DNA of 63,930 nt, counting the filler, from Chiloscyllium plagiosum (lineage: Eukaryota): the NCBI RefSeq assembly GCF_004010195.1. It is 5 parts of one record of this genome, joined end to end, with 100 filler letters (N's around TTAATTAATTAA, not from the genome) between each part and the next. Parts side by side here need not be neighbours in the genome. Positions count along the whole stretch, not along the records: positions 15,621 to 30,404 come from NC_057710.1; positions 30,505 to 49,057 come from NC_057710.1; 3 more parts are not named here. One strand, 5' to 3'. This document shows positions 23,325 to 36,553 of this stretch, piece by piece. Every line of letters starts with the position of its first letter. The first letter of the stretch is position 1. The position numbers and the translations under genes were made by a program. The notes below the pieces were generated by a model. It worked only from the letters and a program-made list of their open reading frames with translations, was not told the origin of the DNA and searched no databases.

Positions 23325-25345
23325 CGTTGACTATACTACCAATCTTGGCATCATCAGCAAACGTACTAACCATATCTCCTAAATTCTCATTCAAATTGTG
23401 AATTATAAATGAAAGTTATCCCAGTACTAATCTCTATGGAATACCACTGGTCACAGACCTCCAATCCAAAAACAACATTCCACCACTACCTTTTGTCTCC
23501 TACTGTCAAGCCAATTTTGTATCCATTTGACAAGCGTGCCTTGAATCCCATGTGATATAACTTTACTATTAGTCTACCATGCAGAACCTTGTCAAAGGCT
23601 TTATTGAAGTCCATGTAAACAACGTCTACTGCTCTTCCCTCATCAATCTTTTTGGTTACATCCTCAAAAAACTCAATCAAGTTAGTGAGACATAATTTCC
23701 CATGCACAAAGCCATGCTGGTTATCCCTAATCAGTCCTTGCCTCTCCAAATGTATGTAAATCCTATCTCTCAGATTCCCTTCCAACAACCTACCCACCAC
23801 TGATGTCAGACTCACAGGTCTACAGCTCCTAGGCTTCTCCTTACAGCTTTTCTTAAATAAAAACACAACATTAACCACCCTGCAGTCCTCCAGCACCTCA
23901 CCCCTGGCTTTAAATGGAACAGGTAATCCTTTAGATGGAGCCCCACAATTTCTTCGCCAACTTCCCATAATGACCTGGGATACACTTGATCAGGTCCCAG
24001 AGATTCATCCACCATTATGTGTTTTAAGATCTCCAGCCCCTCCTCTTCTGTAATGTGGACTGTTTTCAAGACATCAATATTTATTTTCATGAGTTCCCTA
24101 CCCTCCATTTCTTTTCCCACAGGAAAAACTCAAGTGAAATATTCATTTAGAATCTCTCCCATATCCTGTGGTTCCACATGAAGACAACGTTGTTGATCTT
24201 TAAGGGGCTATATTTTCTCCCTAGTTGCTCTTTTGCTCTTAATGTACTTGGATAATTTCTTTGGATTATCCTTAACTTTACCTAGAAAGACTATCTTGTG
24301 TCCCCATTTTGCCCTCCTGATTTCCCTCTTAAAAATGCCCTACACCTCTTACATTCAACAGATTCACATGATCTCAATTGTCTACATATAATATATGACT
24401 CCTTCTTATTCTTGACTAGAGCCTAAATATCTATCTTCATCCATTATTCCCTGCTCTTATTGGTGGGCGGCACAGTGGCACAGTGGTTAGCACTGCTGCC
24501 TCACAGCGCCAGAGAGCAGGGTTCAATTCCCGCCTCAGGCGACTGACTGTGTGGAGTTTGCACGTTCTCCCCGTGTCTGCGTGGGTTTCCTCCGGGTGCT
24601 CCGGTTTCCTCCCACAGTCCAAAGATGTGCAGGTCAGGTGAATTGGCCATGCTAAATTGTCCATAGTATTAGGTAAGGGGTAAATGTAGGGGTATGGGTG
24701 GGTTACGCTTCGGCGGGGCGGTGTGGACTTGTTGGGCCGAAGGGCCTGTTTCCATACTGTAAGTAATCTAATCTAATCTTATTCTTCTCTCCAACAAGAA
24801 CATACTGCCTTTGAACCCTCATTATTTCACTTTTCAAAGCATCCCACTTGTCTGTTGACCCTTTGACTGCAAACAGTATTCTCTAATCAACTCTTGAAAG
24901 TTCCTATCTTATACCATCAAAATTTGCCATAGTCCCATTAAGAACTTTAACTTTTGTACAGGGTCTATTCTTTTCCATATCTATTTTAAAAACTAACAGA
25001 ATTATGATCACTGGTCCTCAAGTGTTCCTCCATAAACACCTCAGTCACTTGCCTTGCCATATTTCCGAAGATAAGGCCAAGCATTGCCTTATTAGGTACA
25101 TCTATTAGGTACATCTATATATCGATAAATAAATGTTTCTTGAGCATATCTAACGAATTCCTCACCATCCAGTCCCAGTCTATATTTGGAAAGTTAAAAT
25201 ATTACAACCATATTATACTTTCATATATCTGAGATCTCTCTATAAATTTGTTCCTCAATTTTCCTCTGACTACTGTGGAAGGCCTATTGTACAATCCCAT
25301 CAAGGTAATCATACCCTTCTTGTTTCTTAGTTCCACCCATATAGC
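23325..25345 (-). mobile_element. CR1 LINE (APE-RT), interrupted by a V-SINE
   Basis: ORF 23486..23968: RPVSLTSVVG...QHGF...YMDFNKAFDKV. Confidence 0.88.
24463..24779 (+). mobile_element. V-SINE (HE1-like), full length
   Basis: TGGCACAGTGG A box, GGTTCAATTCC B box, V core, (AATCT)n tail; TCTTATT on both flanks may be a TSD. Confidence 0.92.
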
Positions 25346-25604
25346 TTAATATCATATTGCTGAACATCAGCAATCAGCCCTGTCCCTAATTTGATGATGG
25401 AAGAAAAGCCATTAATAAAGCAGCTGATGCTGTTTCAATCCACAACATGATCCTGAGAAGCTCTTACATGATGTTGTTGCTCTAAGATGACTGACCTCTA
25501 GCAATCACAACCATCTCACATTTTATTACGTATTAATTCAACCAGCAGAGTTTCCCATTTGCTCCAGTTTTGCTAGGATGAGGCTGTTGATGATATTCTT
25601 GAAA

Positions 25605-25930
25605 ATCATAGAATCCGTGGAGTGTGTAAGCAGGTCATTTAGCCCATCAGATCCACCCCAATCCTCCAAAGAGCATCCCACCCAGAGTCGTCTCCACACT
25701 TCCCTGTGATCCTGCAACTCCCAAAGCTAATACACCACGTCTGCCCATTCTGATACATTATGGGAAATTTAGCTCAGTTAATCCATGTAACCTGCAAGTC
25801 TTTGGACTGTCAGAGAAAACCCATAGAGACACAAGGACAATGTTTAAACTCCACACAGATAGTCGCCTGAGGGCAGAATCAAACGTGGGTCCCTGGCATT
25901 GTGAGGCCACTGAGCCACTGTGCTGCCCCA
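25605..25930 (-). mobile_element. Older V-SINE
   Basis: Degenerate V core and tRNA-like head. Confidence 0.75.
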
Positions 25931-25934
25931 GCAT

Positions 25935-27000
25935 GGTATTTGTAGGCATGCCAAATTTCTTGAGTTGTTATGGTTTCCCCTATATCTGCTGTCTTGATGA
26001 GCTTGGGGGTGTTACGATGTTTGTAATAGGCCATGACTACTGTTATTTCTCCCTAATCCATGGGCTGTAGCAATAAAGTTACATTCATTGGTAGGGAAAA
26101 AAATGAGCATCGTGTTTTTGGCCAATACATCAAGGTTGATCAGTTTGCCTGATAAATTATAATGTAATGCTAAGATGATTTTTTTCCTGATGCAATATTC
26201 CCTGCAGACACGGATGGCATTCGTAAAGAACGATCCTAAACAGTGTATCCTCATTATCCAGACTTTCTTCTTTGAATACCATATGATGCAAAGATATTTC
26301 TTGGACTCACCCTTCAAAGCCTGTGATGTCTCTGACTGGTACATCATTCAAGTTTACACTTGAAATCCCCTATAGCAATCTCACCAAGCAGAACAATGAA
26401 GCAATTTTTGATAGGTTTAAGTCCTGTGGTCATTTTCTTCTCTTTGGAGATATGCTTTCATTATCTTTAAAGGCTTATTTCAGTGCAGAGCTACCTGCTT
26501 CAGCAATTCTAGTCAAATAGGCAGGGAATTCATCAGTCACTTCAGCCTTGGCTAGCTGCATTGCTGGTTATTTTAATGTTTTGCAAGTAGGAATAGCTCT
26601 TGAAAAGCTCCAATCAACCATGAATAACAATGAAACCTTCTGACTGCAAACCCTCACCCTGCTCATTCGTTAAGTCATGAAAAAGCTTTTAGTTTTTGCT
26701 TGGATAACCATCAAACTGTTGGCACCTCGATGTAGGCTACCCAAGCCTCTCTTTATTTCTCTTAATGCGGCTTGTAGCCCATCTCTTCTGTGCCATTTAA
26801 AGACATATCAATTTGTGCATTTAATTCAATTTGGTCAACATTACCACAAATTGTTCTCACAGTTGTACTCTAATAATATTAACCACCTATTCTCCAGCTT
26901 TAAATTGTTTTAAAAGCTCTGGTTTCAATTCTAAACTAATAGTTTTTTTAGTTTTCTTAGAAGCAACAGATTCCCCACTTTCACCTGCAGGGCATTTTTT
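25935..27000 (-). mobile_element. Tigger/pogo DNA transposon relic (HTH + DDE transposase pseudogene)
   Basis: Minus-strand translation across stops and frameshifts: KKTISLELKPELLKQFKAGE (CENP-B-like HTH), SLMVIQAKTKS, NIKITSNAAS, IWYSKKKVW, LPMNVTLLLQPMD*G, MAYY. Confidence 0.8.
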
Positions 27001-27239
27001 TTTTTTCTGTTTAATCACAATTCCAAGGAATTGAAGCACTAAATCACAAGGTTGAAACTGTTGGGTGTGATACCACCAATATCATCTAAGTGTGTGGTTT
27101 TTTTTGGAGTTTACAGTCTGGTGTGCAAACATCTTGTTTAACAAGAAGAGTCCTGAAGAGTCGTCAAGATGTAGTTAGTTATATGTCTGCAACTATTCAC
27201 AGGTTGTAGGAATAGACTCTTCAATACTGATTTTACTAA

Positions 27240-27458
27240 GCAAAAGTGAGCACTGCAGATGCTGGAGATCAGAGTCGAGATTAAAGTGGTGTTGGAAAAG
27301 CACAGCAGGTCAGGCAGCATCTGAGAAGCAGGAACATCAATGTTTCGGGCAAACACCCTTCATAATTCCTGATGGAGGGCTTTTGCCCAAAACGTCAATT
27401 TTCCTGCTCTTCAGATGCTGCCTGACCTGCTGTGCTTTTCCAGCACCACTTTAATCTT
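27240..27458. mobile_element. Inverted pair of Penelope terminal repeats
   Basis: Arms ~27278-27363 and ~27372-27457 are reverse complements; the axis lies just 5' of the hammerhead core. Confidence 0.85.
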
Positions 27459-27985
27459 AATTCTGAATTTATATCTGTCTCCCACAGATCCAACTTATTC
27501 TCTCATGCCAAATCTTCATGACAACATCACAGTCAGTGGTGTTCATTCTAATCAATCAAGTATTAACCATTTTAAATCTATATATCAGAAATCATCTCAA
27601 AAAATTTGAAAATGGTCTCTCTACCACCACCTGATGAAAAGCTGAAGAAGGCCTATACACTTCAGGATGCAAAATTAATCAGAAAGTTGCAGAGTCAAGA
27701 TTGGTTTTCATATGCTTTTATAATTTTGGCCCCATCAAGCTGCTAAACTAAAGGCGGCAGTTTTACCTGCAGCAACCATTTCTTAATCTCACTGGCTTTA
27801 AGTGGCCTCTTTGACTCACCAAAGAAAGGCTTTACAACGGTCACACCTAAGACTCCAAATTTAAAAGAGGATTGCAGAGTTAGCAACTGTAGCCAGTTCT
27901 AAAGTACAAATGTGAGAATTCCAGGTTTCAACTTTACACCTGAAAAGATGTACTGGTTTTCTGTATACAGCACTGCACCACAGAT

Positions 27986-28438
27986 AGGAGAAAGTGAGGA
28001 CTGCAGATGGTGGAGAATCAGTCAAAAAGTGTGTTACTGGAAAAATACAACAGGTCAGGCAGCATCCGAGGAGTAGCAATGTCGACATTTTGGCCATAAG
28101 CCCCTTCATCAGGAATGTAGGGGGAGGAATGGTGGAGAAAGAGGGCTGAGAGAGAAATGGGGGTGGGTGGGGATAGGGCTGGGGGGGGATGTAGTTGGGA
28201 TGGTGATAGGTGGATGCAGGTGGGAGGGAATTGTGAAAGTTTAGTGGGGAGATTGGAGTGCATTGGTGAGAAGGAAGATGGACAGGTAGGCCAGGTCAAG
28301 AGGGTGGTGCCAAGTTGGAGGGTTGGATCTGGGATGAGGTGGAGGGTGGGAAGTCAATGTTGATGCTGTGTAGTTGAAGGGCCCCAAGACGGAAGATGAG
28401 ATGTAAAGCACAACATCAACATTGACTTCTCCAGTTTC
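27986..28438 (-). mobile_element. Penelope-like element 3' end with terminal repeat
   Basis: Homologous to 34230-34573; degenerate hammerhead near 28080-28116. Confidence 0.8.
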
Positions 28439-28479
28439 CAAAGAGGCAAATTAGCTATTTTTTTCAAAAAAATAAATCA

Positions 28480-28915
28480 TGCAAGATACCATGCAAGAAC
28501 TGTAAAAAACACTACATTGCACAAACAAGCAGGAAACTTGCTACCAGGATACACAAACATCAACTAGCCACCAAAAGACACGACCCACTATCACTAATTT
28601 CCATACATACAGAAAAAGAAGGACACCACTTTGACTGGGATAACACACACGGTCTAGAACAGGTGAAATAAAGACACTAATGAGAATTCTTAGAGGCATG
28701 GCATTCTAACCAGAACTCCATCAGTAAACACATTGATTTAGATCCTATCCACCTTCCCTTGAAAAAAACTGGAAATGACATCATCCACCTTAAGAAACCA
28801 AGACCAATAAATAGAGAGGTGGGACATACCACCAGCACTTCACCAGAAACTCTCACTGATGATGTTACAAAACATCTGAAAACAAATCTTCCAGCTCAGC
28901 GAGCTAACGAACAAA
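28480..28915 (+). mobile_element. Penelope/Poseidon-type PLE 3' end (GIY-YIG C-terminal part)
   Basis: Translates as YIAQTSRKLATRIHKHQLATKRHDPLSLIS...HHFDWDN...FLEAWHS; truncated CTGATGA at ~28856. Confidence 0.75.
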
Positions 28916-29820
28916 CGTATAAATCGTAACTAATCACAAGAGATGGGAGAGAAACTAAATGAATATTTTGCATCAGCTTTTACTTAGAGAACGACATGGA
29001 GGCTCGGGAACTCATGAAAATAAATATTGATGTCTTGAAAACAGTCCACATCACAGAAGAGGAGGTGTGGATATCTTAAAAAACGTAAAGGTGGATAAAC
29101 ATCTGGGACCTGATCAAGTGTATCCCAGGGAGTTGTGGGAAGTTAGGGAAGAAATTGCAGGGCCCTAAGCAGAGATATTTTTATCATCTACAACCAAGGG
29201 TGAGGTGCTGGAGGAGTAGAGGGTGGCTAATGTTGTGCATTAATTTAAGAAAGGCTGTAGGAGAAGCCTGGGAACTATACATCTGCAAGTCTGACATCAA
29301 TGGCGGGTAAGTTGTTGGAGGGGATTCTGAGCGACAGGATTTGCACACATCTGTAAAGGTAACGACTAATTCGGGATAATCAGCATGGCTTTGTGCAAGG
29401 GAAACCATGTCTCACAACCTTGGTAGAGTGTTCTGAGGATGTAAAAAGAAAGATTGAAGAGGACAGAGCAGTACACATTGTCTACATGGACTTCAGTTGA
29501 CAAGGTTCCACATTTTAAACGAACGAGTAAAGTTAAATTACATGAATTTCAGGATGAGCTTGTCAACTGGACACTAAATTGATTTGACAATAGGTGACAA
29601 AGGATGGTGGTGGAGGGTTGTTTTTCGGACTGGGGGCCTGTGACTATTCATGTACTTGATATTCTACAGGAATTGGTAATGGGTCCACTCTTGTTTGTCA
29701 TTGATGTAAAAGATTGGGATGAGAATTTAGGAGGCATGGTTAGTAAATTTGCAATGACACCAAAATTGGTGGTATAGTCAACAGTGAAGAAGATTGTAGA
29801 AGATTACAAGGGGATCTTGA

Positions 29821-30145
29821 TTAGATTAGATTTCCTACAGCATGGAAACAGGCCGTTTGGTCCAACAAATCCACACCCACCCTCCGAAGAGTAACTCACC
29901 CAGACTCATTTCCCTACATTTACCCCTGACTAATGCACCCAACACTATGGGCAATTTAGCAAGGCCAATTCATCTGAGCTGCACATCATTTGGATTATGG
30001 GAGGAAACCAGATCACCTGGAAGAAACCCACGCAGACACGGGGAGAATGTGCAAACTCCACACAGACAGTCACCTGAGGCCGGAATGGAACCCAAGTCCC
30101 TGGCGCTGTGTGGCACTGATAACCGCTGAGTCATCGTGCTGCCCG
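29821..30145 (-). mobile_element. V-SINE
   Basis: V core and (AATCT)n tail. Confidence 0.85.
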
Positions 30146-30301
30146 TCAATTGATTAATTGGGCTAATGGGCTAAGGAGTGTCACATGGAGTTTAAAGTGG
30201 ATAAATGCAAGATGTTACATTTTGGTAATTCGAACAAGGGTAGGACTAACACAGTAAATCGTACGGGCCTGGGGAGTGTTGTCAAACAGAGAGACCAAGG
30301 G

Positions 30302-30635
30302 TTGAAAATGTGTTGCTGGAAAAGCACAGCAGGTCAGGCAGCATCCAAGGAACAGGAGAATCGACGTTTCAGGCATGAGCCCTTCTTCAGGAATGAGGAA
30401 AGTGNNNNNNNNNNNNNNNNNNNNNNNNNNNNNNNNNNNNNNNNNNNNTTAATTAATTAANNNNNNNNNNNNNNNNNNNNNNNNNNNNNNNNNNNNNNNN
30501 NNNNATTCCTGAAGAAGGGCTCATGCCCGAAACGTTGATTCTCCTATTCCTTGGATGCTGCCTGACCTGCTGTGCTTTTCCAGCAACACATTTTCAGCTC
30601 TGATCTCCAGCATCTGCGGTCCTCACTTTCTCCTC
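30302..30635. mobile_element. Penelope insertion with inverted terminal repeats spanning an assembly gap
   Basis: TSD CAGAGA(G/C)ACCAAGGG at 30287-30301 and 30636-30650; hammerhead at 30505-30540. Confidence 0.85.
30405..30504. other. Assembly gap N44-TTAATTAATTAA-N44
   Basis: Read directly. Confidence 0.98.
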
Positions 30636-30932
30636 CAGAGACACCAAGGGGTCCAGGTAAAATATTCTTTGAAAGTTGCGTCACAGATAGACAGGATGGT
30701 AAAGAAGGTGTTTAGCGTACTTGCTTTCCTTGTTCAGACCACTGAGTATGGGAGTTGGGACATCAGGTTGATGTTGTACAGGACATTGGTGGGCCATTTT
30801 TGGAGTACTATGTACATTTCTGGTCACCTTGCTATAGGAAGGATATTATTACATTGGAGAGGGTTCTGATAAGATTTACAAGGATATTGCTGGGGCTGGA
30901 TGATTTAAGTTATGAGCATGGGCTAGATATTA

Positions 30933-31250
30933 CATAGAATAACAGAATCCCCGCAGGGTGGAAGCAGTCCGTTCAGCTCATTGAGTCTACAATGACTATC
31001 TGAAGAACATCCCTCCTAGACCCACCTCATCTCTGTAGTCCTGTATTTCCTATCGCTAATCCACCTAGCCTGCACATCCTTGGACACTATGGGCAATTTA
31101 GCATGGCCAATCCACCTAACCTTCACATCTTTGGACTGTAGGAGGAAACCAGAGCAGCAAGAGGAAACTCACACAGTCATGGGGAGAATGTGCAAACTTC
31201 ACAAAAACAGTCACCCGAGGGTGGAATTAAATTGAGGACCCTGGCTCTGT
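30933..31250 (-). mobile_element. V-SINE
   Basis: V core GGGGAGAATGTGCAAACT, CCACCTAACC...CACATCTTTGGACTG. Confidence 0.8.
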
Positions 31251-31832
31251 TTGATCCATTGTGTGACATACTGGGACTTTTTTCACTGGTATGTCAGAGG
31301 TTGAGGGGTGACCTTGCAGAGGTTTATAAAATTGAGGGGCATAGATAAAATAAATAGAAGAGGTCTTTTTCCTAAGGTTGGGAAGTTCAAAAGTCAAAGG
31401 AGGGCTATATTAAAGGTGAGGGAAGAAAGATTTAAATGGACCTGAGGGGCAACATTTTCACACAGAGGTTGGTTTGTATGTGGAATAAGTGGTAGATGCA
31501 GGTATAATTACAACATTTAAAAGACATTTGGATAAGTACATGATAGGAAAGGTTTAGAGGGATATGGGCCAAATGCAGGCAAATAGGAAAGGTTTAGTTT
31601 GGGAACATGATCAGAACGGACGAATTGGACTGAAGGGTCTCTTTCAATGGTGTCTGATTCGATGACTCTATCAATGTATCACAGATAAAGTCTATTTATA
31701 TATTTTGTGACTAAAGAACAAGAGAGCTTTCCCATTTCTGTTGTACTTACAGACAATCTAACCCAACTAGACCAAACCCTTGAAAATACGAAGATATTCT
31801 AGATTCTAACTTTTGCTTATCTTCCAGATAGG

Positions 31833-32402
31833 TGTAAGACATTGTGTTCCAGATGCACTTTGATTGATCCGACTATCAGACTTAAAATAAAACATACTTT
31901 ATTCATACACTACAATTAAAATACAAAGTAAAAAGAAGAGAATTGGCTTAACTGTAATTCATTCAAAATGCTTAATGAAATGATATGTACATTAACTACT
32001 TCTAATTAACGGTTTCATATAATACCATCCCATAAGCACACCCTTAGCAAAGGCAAATTCAGTAAAACTGATTGTCTCATATGCAATTCTAACAGCAGGA
32101 AGAGAACCCCAGCTTTTAGCTGTAACAGAGAGAGGGGCCAGAAAAATGCTTTTCCATCCAGTTTCAAGACCCCAGCAACTGTTACTGAAAGTGAAAACTA
32201 AAATAAAATCTTGGTGCTGTGGGAGCTTAACCACAATCATTCAAGCTGCTTCTATTGGTCCAATTTAAAAATAAAATCCAAGGCCTCACTAGCTGCTTAC
32301 TTTATTGGCTCTGAAGCAGACTGTTCATCACCTCTGTCTCAACATTTCTTCTTAAAAGAAACCAGGACAAAATATACCTCTTAAAACCATAATATCATCA
32401 CA
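31833..32402 (-). mobile_element. Possible solo LTR (570 bp)
   Basis: Minus strand starts TGTGATGA and ends TCTTACA, with AATAAA ~65 nt from the 3' end; no direct TSD seen. Confidence 0.45.
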
Positions 32403-32449
32403 CACCTAACCTGTGAGACTTGATATTCAGGGATGAGAAAGTGATATTG

Positions 32450-34573
32450 ACCGCCTCAGCCTGTTCAACTGCCACACCCACTCCAATCTCTCGCCCTCAC
32501 AACGCACAGCCCTCCACTCCCTCAGCTCTAACCCCAACCTCACCATCAAACCCGCAGAGAAGGGTTCAGTAGTTGTGTGGTGCCAACTCGCAGACACCTC
32601 CTCCTACTGCCCCCTTGATCATGACCTCATCTCCCATCACCAAACCATCATCTCCCAGATCATTCACAACCTCAGGGGATCTACCATCCATAGCCTCCCA
32701 CTTCATTGTCCGTAAACTCCGCACTGCCTGATTCTACCTCCTTCCTAAGATTCACAAACCTGACTGCCTGTGTCGACCCATTGTCTCAGTCTGCGCCTAT
32801 CCCACTGAACTCATCTCTTCCGACTTCAACGCCATCCTGTCCTCCTTAGTCCAGGAACTCCCCACCTATGTTTGTGACACCACCCACGCCCTTCACCCCC
32901 TCCAAGATTTTCGTTTCCCTGGCCCCCAGCGCCTCATCTTCACCATGGATATCCAGTCCCTGTACACATCCATCCATCATGATCAATGTCTCCAAGCCCT
33001 CAGTTTCTTCCTTTCACACCTTCCCAACCAGTACCCTTCCACTGATACCTTCATCCATCTGGCTGAACTGGTAATCACCCTCAACAACTTCTCCCTCCAA
33101 TCATCTCACTTCCTCCAAACCAAAGGAGTAGTAGCCATGGGCACCCATATAGGACCCAGCTATGCCTGCCTGCTTGTCGGATATGTGGAACAGTCTACCT
33201 TCCGCAGTTACACTGGCACCACCCCCCCACCTGTTCCTCCGCTACATAGATGACTGTATCGGTGCCACCTTGTACTCCCATGAGGAGGTTGAACAGTTCA
33301 TCAACTTTCCCAACACCTTCCACCTCGACCTCAAATTCATCTTGACCATCTCAGCAACCTCTCTCCCTTTCCTGGACCTCTCCATCACCATGTGTGGCGA
33401 CTGACTAACCACAGACATATACATCAAGCCCACCGACTCCCACAGCTACCTAGACCACACCTCCTCCCACCCTACCTCCTGTAAAAATGCCATCTCTTAT
33501 TCCCAATTCCTCCGCCTCCACCGCATCTGTTCTCAGATAGGCCAATTCCACCTCAGAAAGTCTCAGATGGCTTCCTTCTTCCATGTTCGCAACTTCCATT
33601 CCCACGTGGTTGATGATGCCCTCCAGCGTTTCTCCTCCACTTCTCGCACCACCACCACCCTTGAACCCCACCTCTCCCAACACAGCAAGGATAGAACCCC
33701 CTGGTCCTTCCCTTCTCCCCCATCAACCTCCGCATACAATGCATCATCCTCCGCCACTTCCTCCACCTCCAAACGGAGCCCACCACTAGAGATATATTTC
33801 CCTCCCGAACCCTATCAACGTTCTGAACAGACCATTCCCTCCACAAGTCCACACCCCCCCACCAGCCTACACTCCACTCCTGGCATCTTTCCCTGCCACC
33901 GCAGGAAGTGCAAAACCTGCACCCACACCACTCCCATCACCTCCATCCAAGGCCCCAAGAGATCCTTCCACATCTGTCAAAAACTTACCTATACCTCTGC
34001 CAATGTCATCTACTGCATCCGTTGTATCTGATTTGGTCTCCTCTACATCGAGGAGGCAGGACACCTTCTTGTGGATCGTTTCAGAGAACATCTCTGCAAC
34101 ACCCGCTCCCACCAACACCACTGCCCCATGGCTGAAAATTTCAACTCCCCCTCCCACTCTTCCAAGGACATGCAGGTCCTGGGCCTCCTCCACTGCCAAA
34201 CCACCCAACGCCTGGAGGAGTAACTCCTCATATTCCACCTCGGGACCCTGCAACCCCACGGGTTAAATGTGGATTTCAACAGCTTCCTCATTTCACCTCC
34301 TCTCACATTATTCGAGTCCCAAGCCTCCAACTTGATATCGCCCTCCGGACCTGTCCATCACTGCCCCCTCTGACCTATCACCTTCTCCCTCACCTTCATC
34401 CACCTATCGCTTTCCCAACTACCTCCTCTCAACCCCACCCCCCCTCTCATTTATCTCTCAACTCCAACTCACAAGCCTCATTCCTGATGAAGGGCTTATG
34501 CCCGAAATATTGATTCTCTTGCTCCTCAGATGCTGCCTGATCTGCTGTGTTTTTCCAGCACCACACTCCCGAC
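32450..34573 (+). mobile_element. Penelope-like element (Neptune-like): RT, Cys linker, GIY-YIG, terminal repeat; disrupted
   Basis: MDIQSLYTSI, KGVVAMG...GPSYA, FLRYIDD, PFLD, CHRRKCKTC, NVIYCIRC..LYI; degenerate hammerhead at 34480-34515. Confidence 0.92.
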
Positions 34574-36112
34574 ACACTGGTATTCACTATGACTACATCA
34601 AACTACATATGTAGTGTGACAGCTGCTAGCAGCTCACTCAATGTTGAGAATGGGGATTGGGGATCGACACTGAACCATTTTCCCTTCATTGTCACCATAA
34701 TGACCATACACTATCAATCAACTATTAGACACTTTCCCCAGTATAAGAATCTCTCATAATTCACAACTGCCTCCCTTGTTATTTGACATCTTCATCATTA
34801 TGGATAATGTGCATAATAGCCAGTTCCTAAGGCCAGTAAACTCTCCTCTGCCCACCCACCAGCTGGAGTCAATAATAATTCTATATAAAATGATTGGGTA
34901 ACAAGGGCAACATACATTTCAAACAAATTTATCATCATATTATAGTTGTTAAAACTCAAAACTAGCAGGTCAACCAAACTAGTAGCCTGACCTATAAAAA
35001 TATTCTAATTTTATGCTTGAAATGAAGCACTGCTAGCTATGCACCATTAATTGCTGTATTTCTTAATGTTCATTTTAATTAAATGCCGAAGAGACAAAGG
35101 TTTATATCATTATCTTCTTCACTTCATGTATCATTGGACCATCTTTCCATAAACTAATGAACAAAATGTTCTTCTGACCTCATTCAATCTGCATTATCTA
35201 TATTACATATCTTATTCTTGTGTTCTACACTTAGCCCCAAGTGGGTTTAATTTTATTACCAAATACATGCAGATCTCTTGTATAAACCCATAAATCTGTT
35301 TGGCTTCAGAAAGCAAAAAACCATTGGGAAACTTTTGCAAATTGCTCAAGAAACAATAAATCAAATTCTTCTTCAAAACAGCAAAAGTATCTGAGAAATA
35401 TAGTATTTGAAATTGAAATTGAGGTTTTTAACTCTAAAACATTAAGCACTTATTTTTTGTAAAGGTTCTGGCTGACTTTCTTGGTGTTTTTTGTTTTTTC
35501 TGTTTTAATTTTGCATTTCTAGCATTTACTTTAACACATTTACAAAAGAACTAATCAAGCCAAGTAAATTAAAGTTTTTGACTGCCAGGAAGAATCATTT
35601 CAACTCAGAGTGCTCCCAATTTGTATTATCTTTAAACAAGTTAAATATTTAAAACCAATTCTTAACCTTTAAGAGAACAACCATTTTATCTTTTCTGAAA
35701 ATATTAGAAATTGAAACATACTTTTTCACCTGAATATAAACAGACTCTTTGATTCAAAACAACAAATGACTTTTACATATGCACTGATATTTATCAAATG
35801 GATTTGAGAGATGTACAAACAATTCCCATATTGCAATAAAATAGCTGAATATAATCAGCACTGGCCTATGGATCTCTCAAGGATTTTCTTAACAGAGTCA
35901 ATGGCAGAGTTCCATTGAAATAGCCATAGTTGTGCCACATGAAGTTTCTCGCCAATACCTTCAGGTTCTGAGCTTGAGAATTGTTCTCTGCTTTAAACTA
36001 TTTTAATTTATATTTTCATGGGATATGTGTGTTATTGGCATGTTAGTATGCATACTTCATTGCCTTTATTAAATCATCTCAGAGAACAACTGAGAATCAA
36101 CAACAATGCCGC

Positions 36113-36553
36113 AGAGAGGTTGAATAGGCTGGGGCTGTTTTCCCTGGAGCGTCGGAGGCTGAGGAGTGACTTTATAGAGGTTTATAAAATCATGAGGGGC
36201 ATGGATAGAATAAATAGGCAAAGTCTTTTCCCTGAGTGGGGGTGTCCAAAAATAGAGGGCATAGGTTTATGGTGAGAGGGGAATGATATAAAAGAGACCT
36301 AAGGGACAACTTTTCCATGCACAGGGTGGTACGTGTATGGAATGAGCTGCTGGAGGAAATGGTGGAGGCTAGTATAATTGCAACATTTAAAAAGGATCTG
36401 GATGGGTATATGAATAGGGATGGTTTGGAGGGATATGGGGCATATGCTGGCAGGTGGGACTAGATTGGGTTGGGATATCTGGTCAGCATGGGTGAGTTGG
36501 ACCGAAGGGTCTGTTTCCGTGCTGTATATCTCTATGACCCTATGACTCTATGA
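36113..36553 (+). mobile_element. CR1 3' fragment
   Basis: RLNRLGLFSLERRRL; TATGAC repeat tail. Confidence 0.9.

Larger units (their letters stand above)
28938..31670 (+). mobile_element. CR1 LINE (RT to 3' end) carrying two V-SINEs and a Penelope insertion
   Basis: Colinear RT and 3' sequence; homologous to the reverse complement of 23325-24160. Confidence 0.85.

Noticed and set aside
24463..24540. tRNA gene
   Set aside because: tRNA-derived SINE head followed by the V core; no complete cloverleaf
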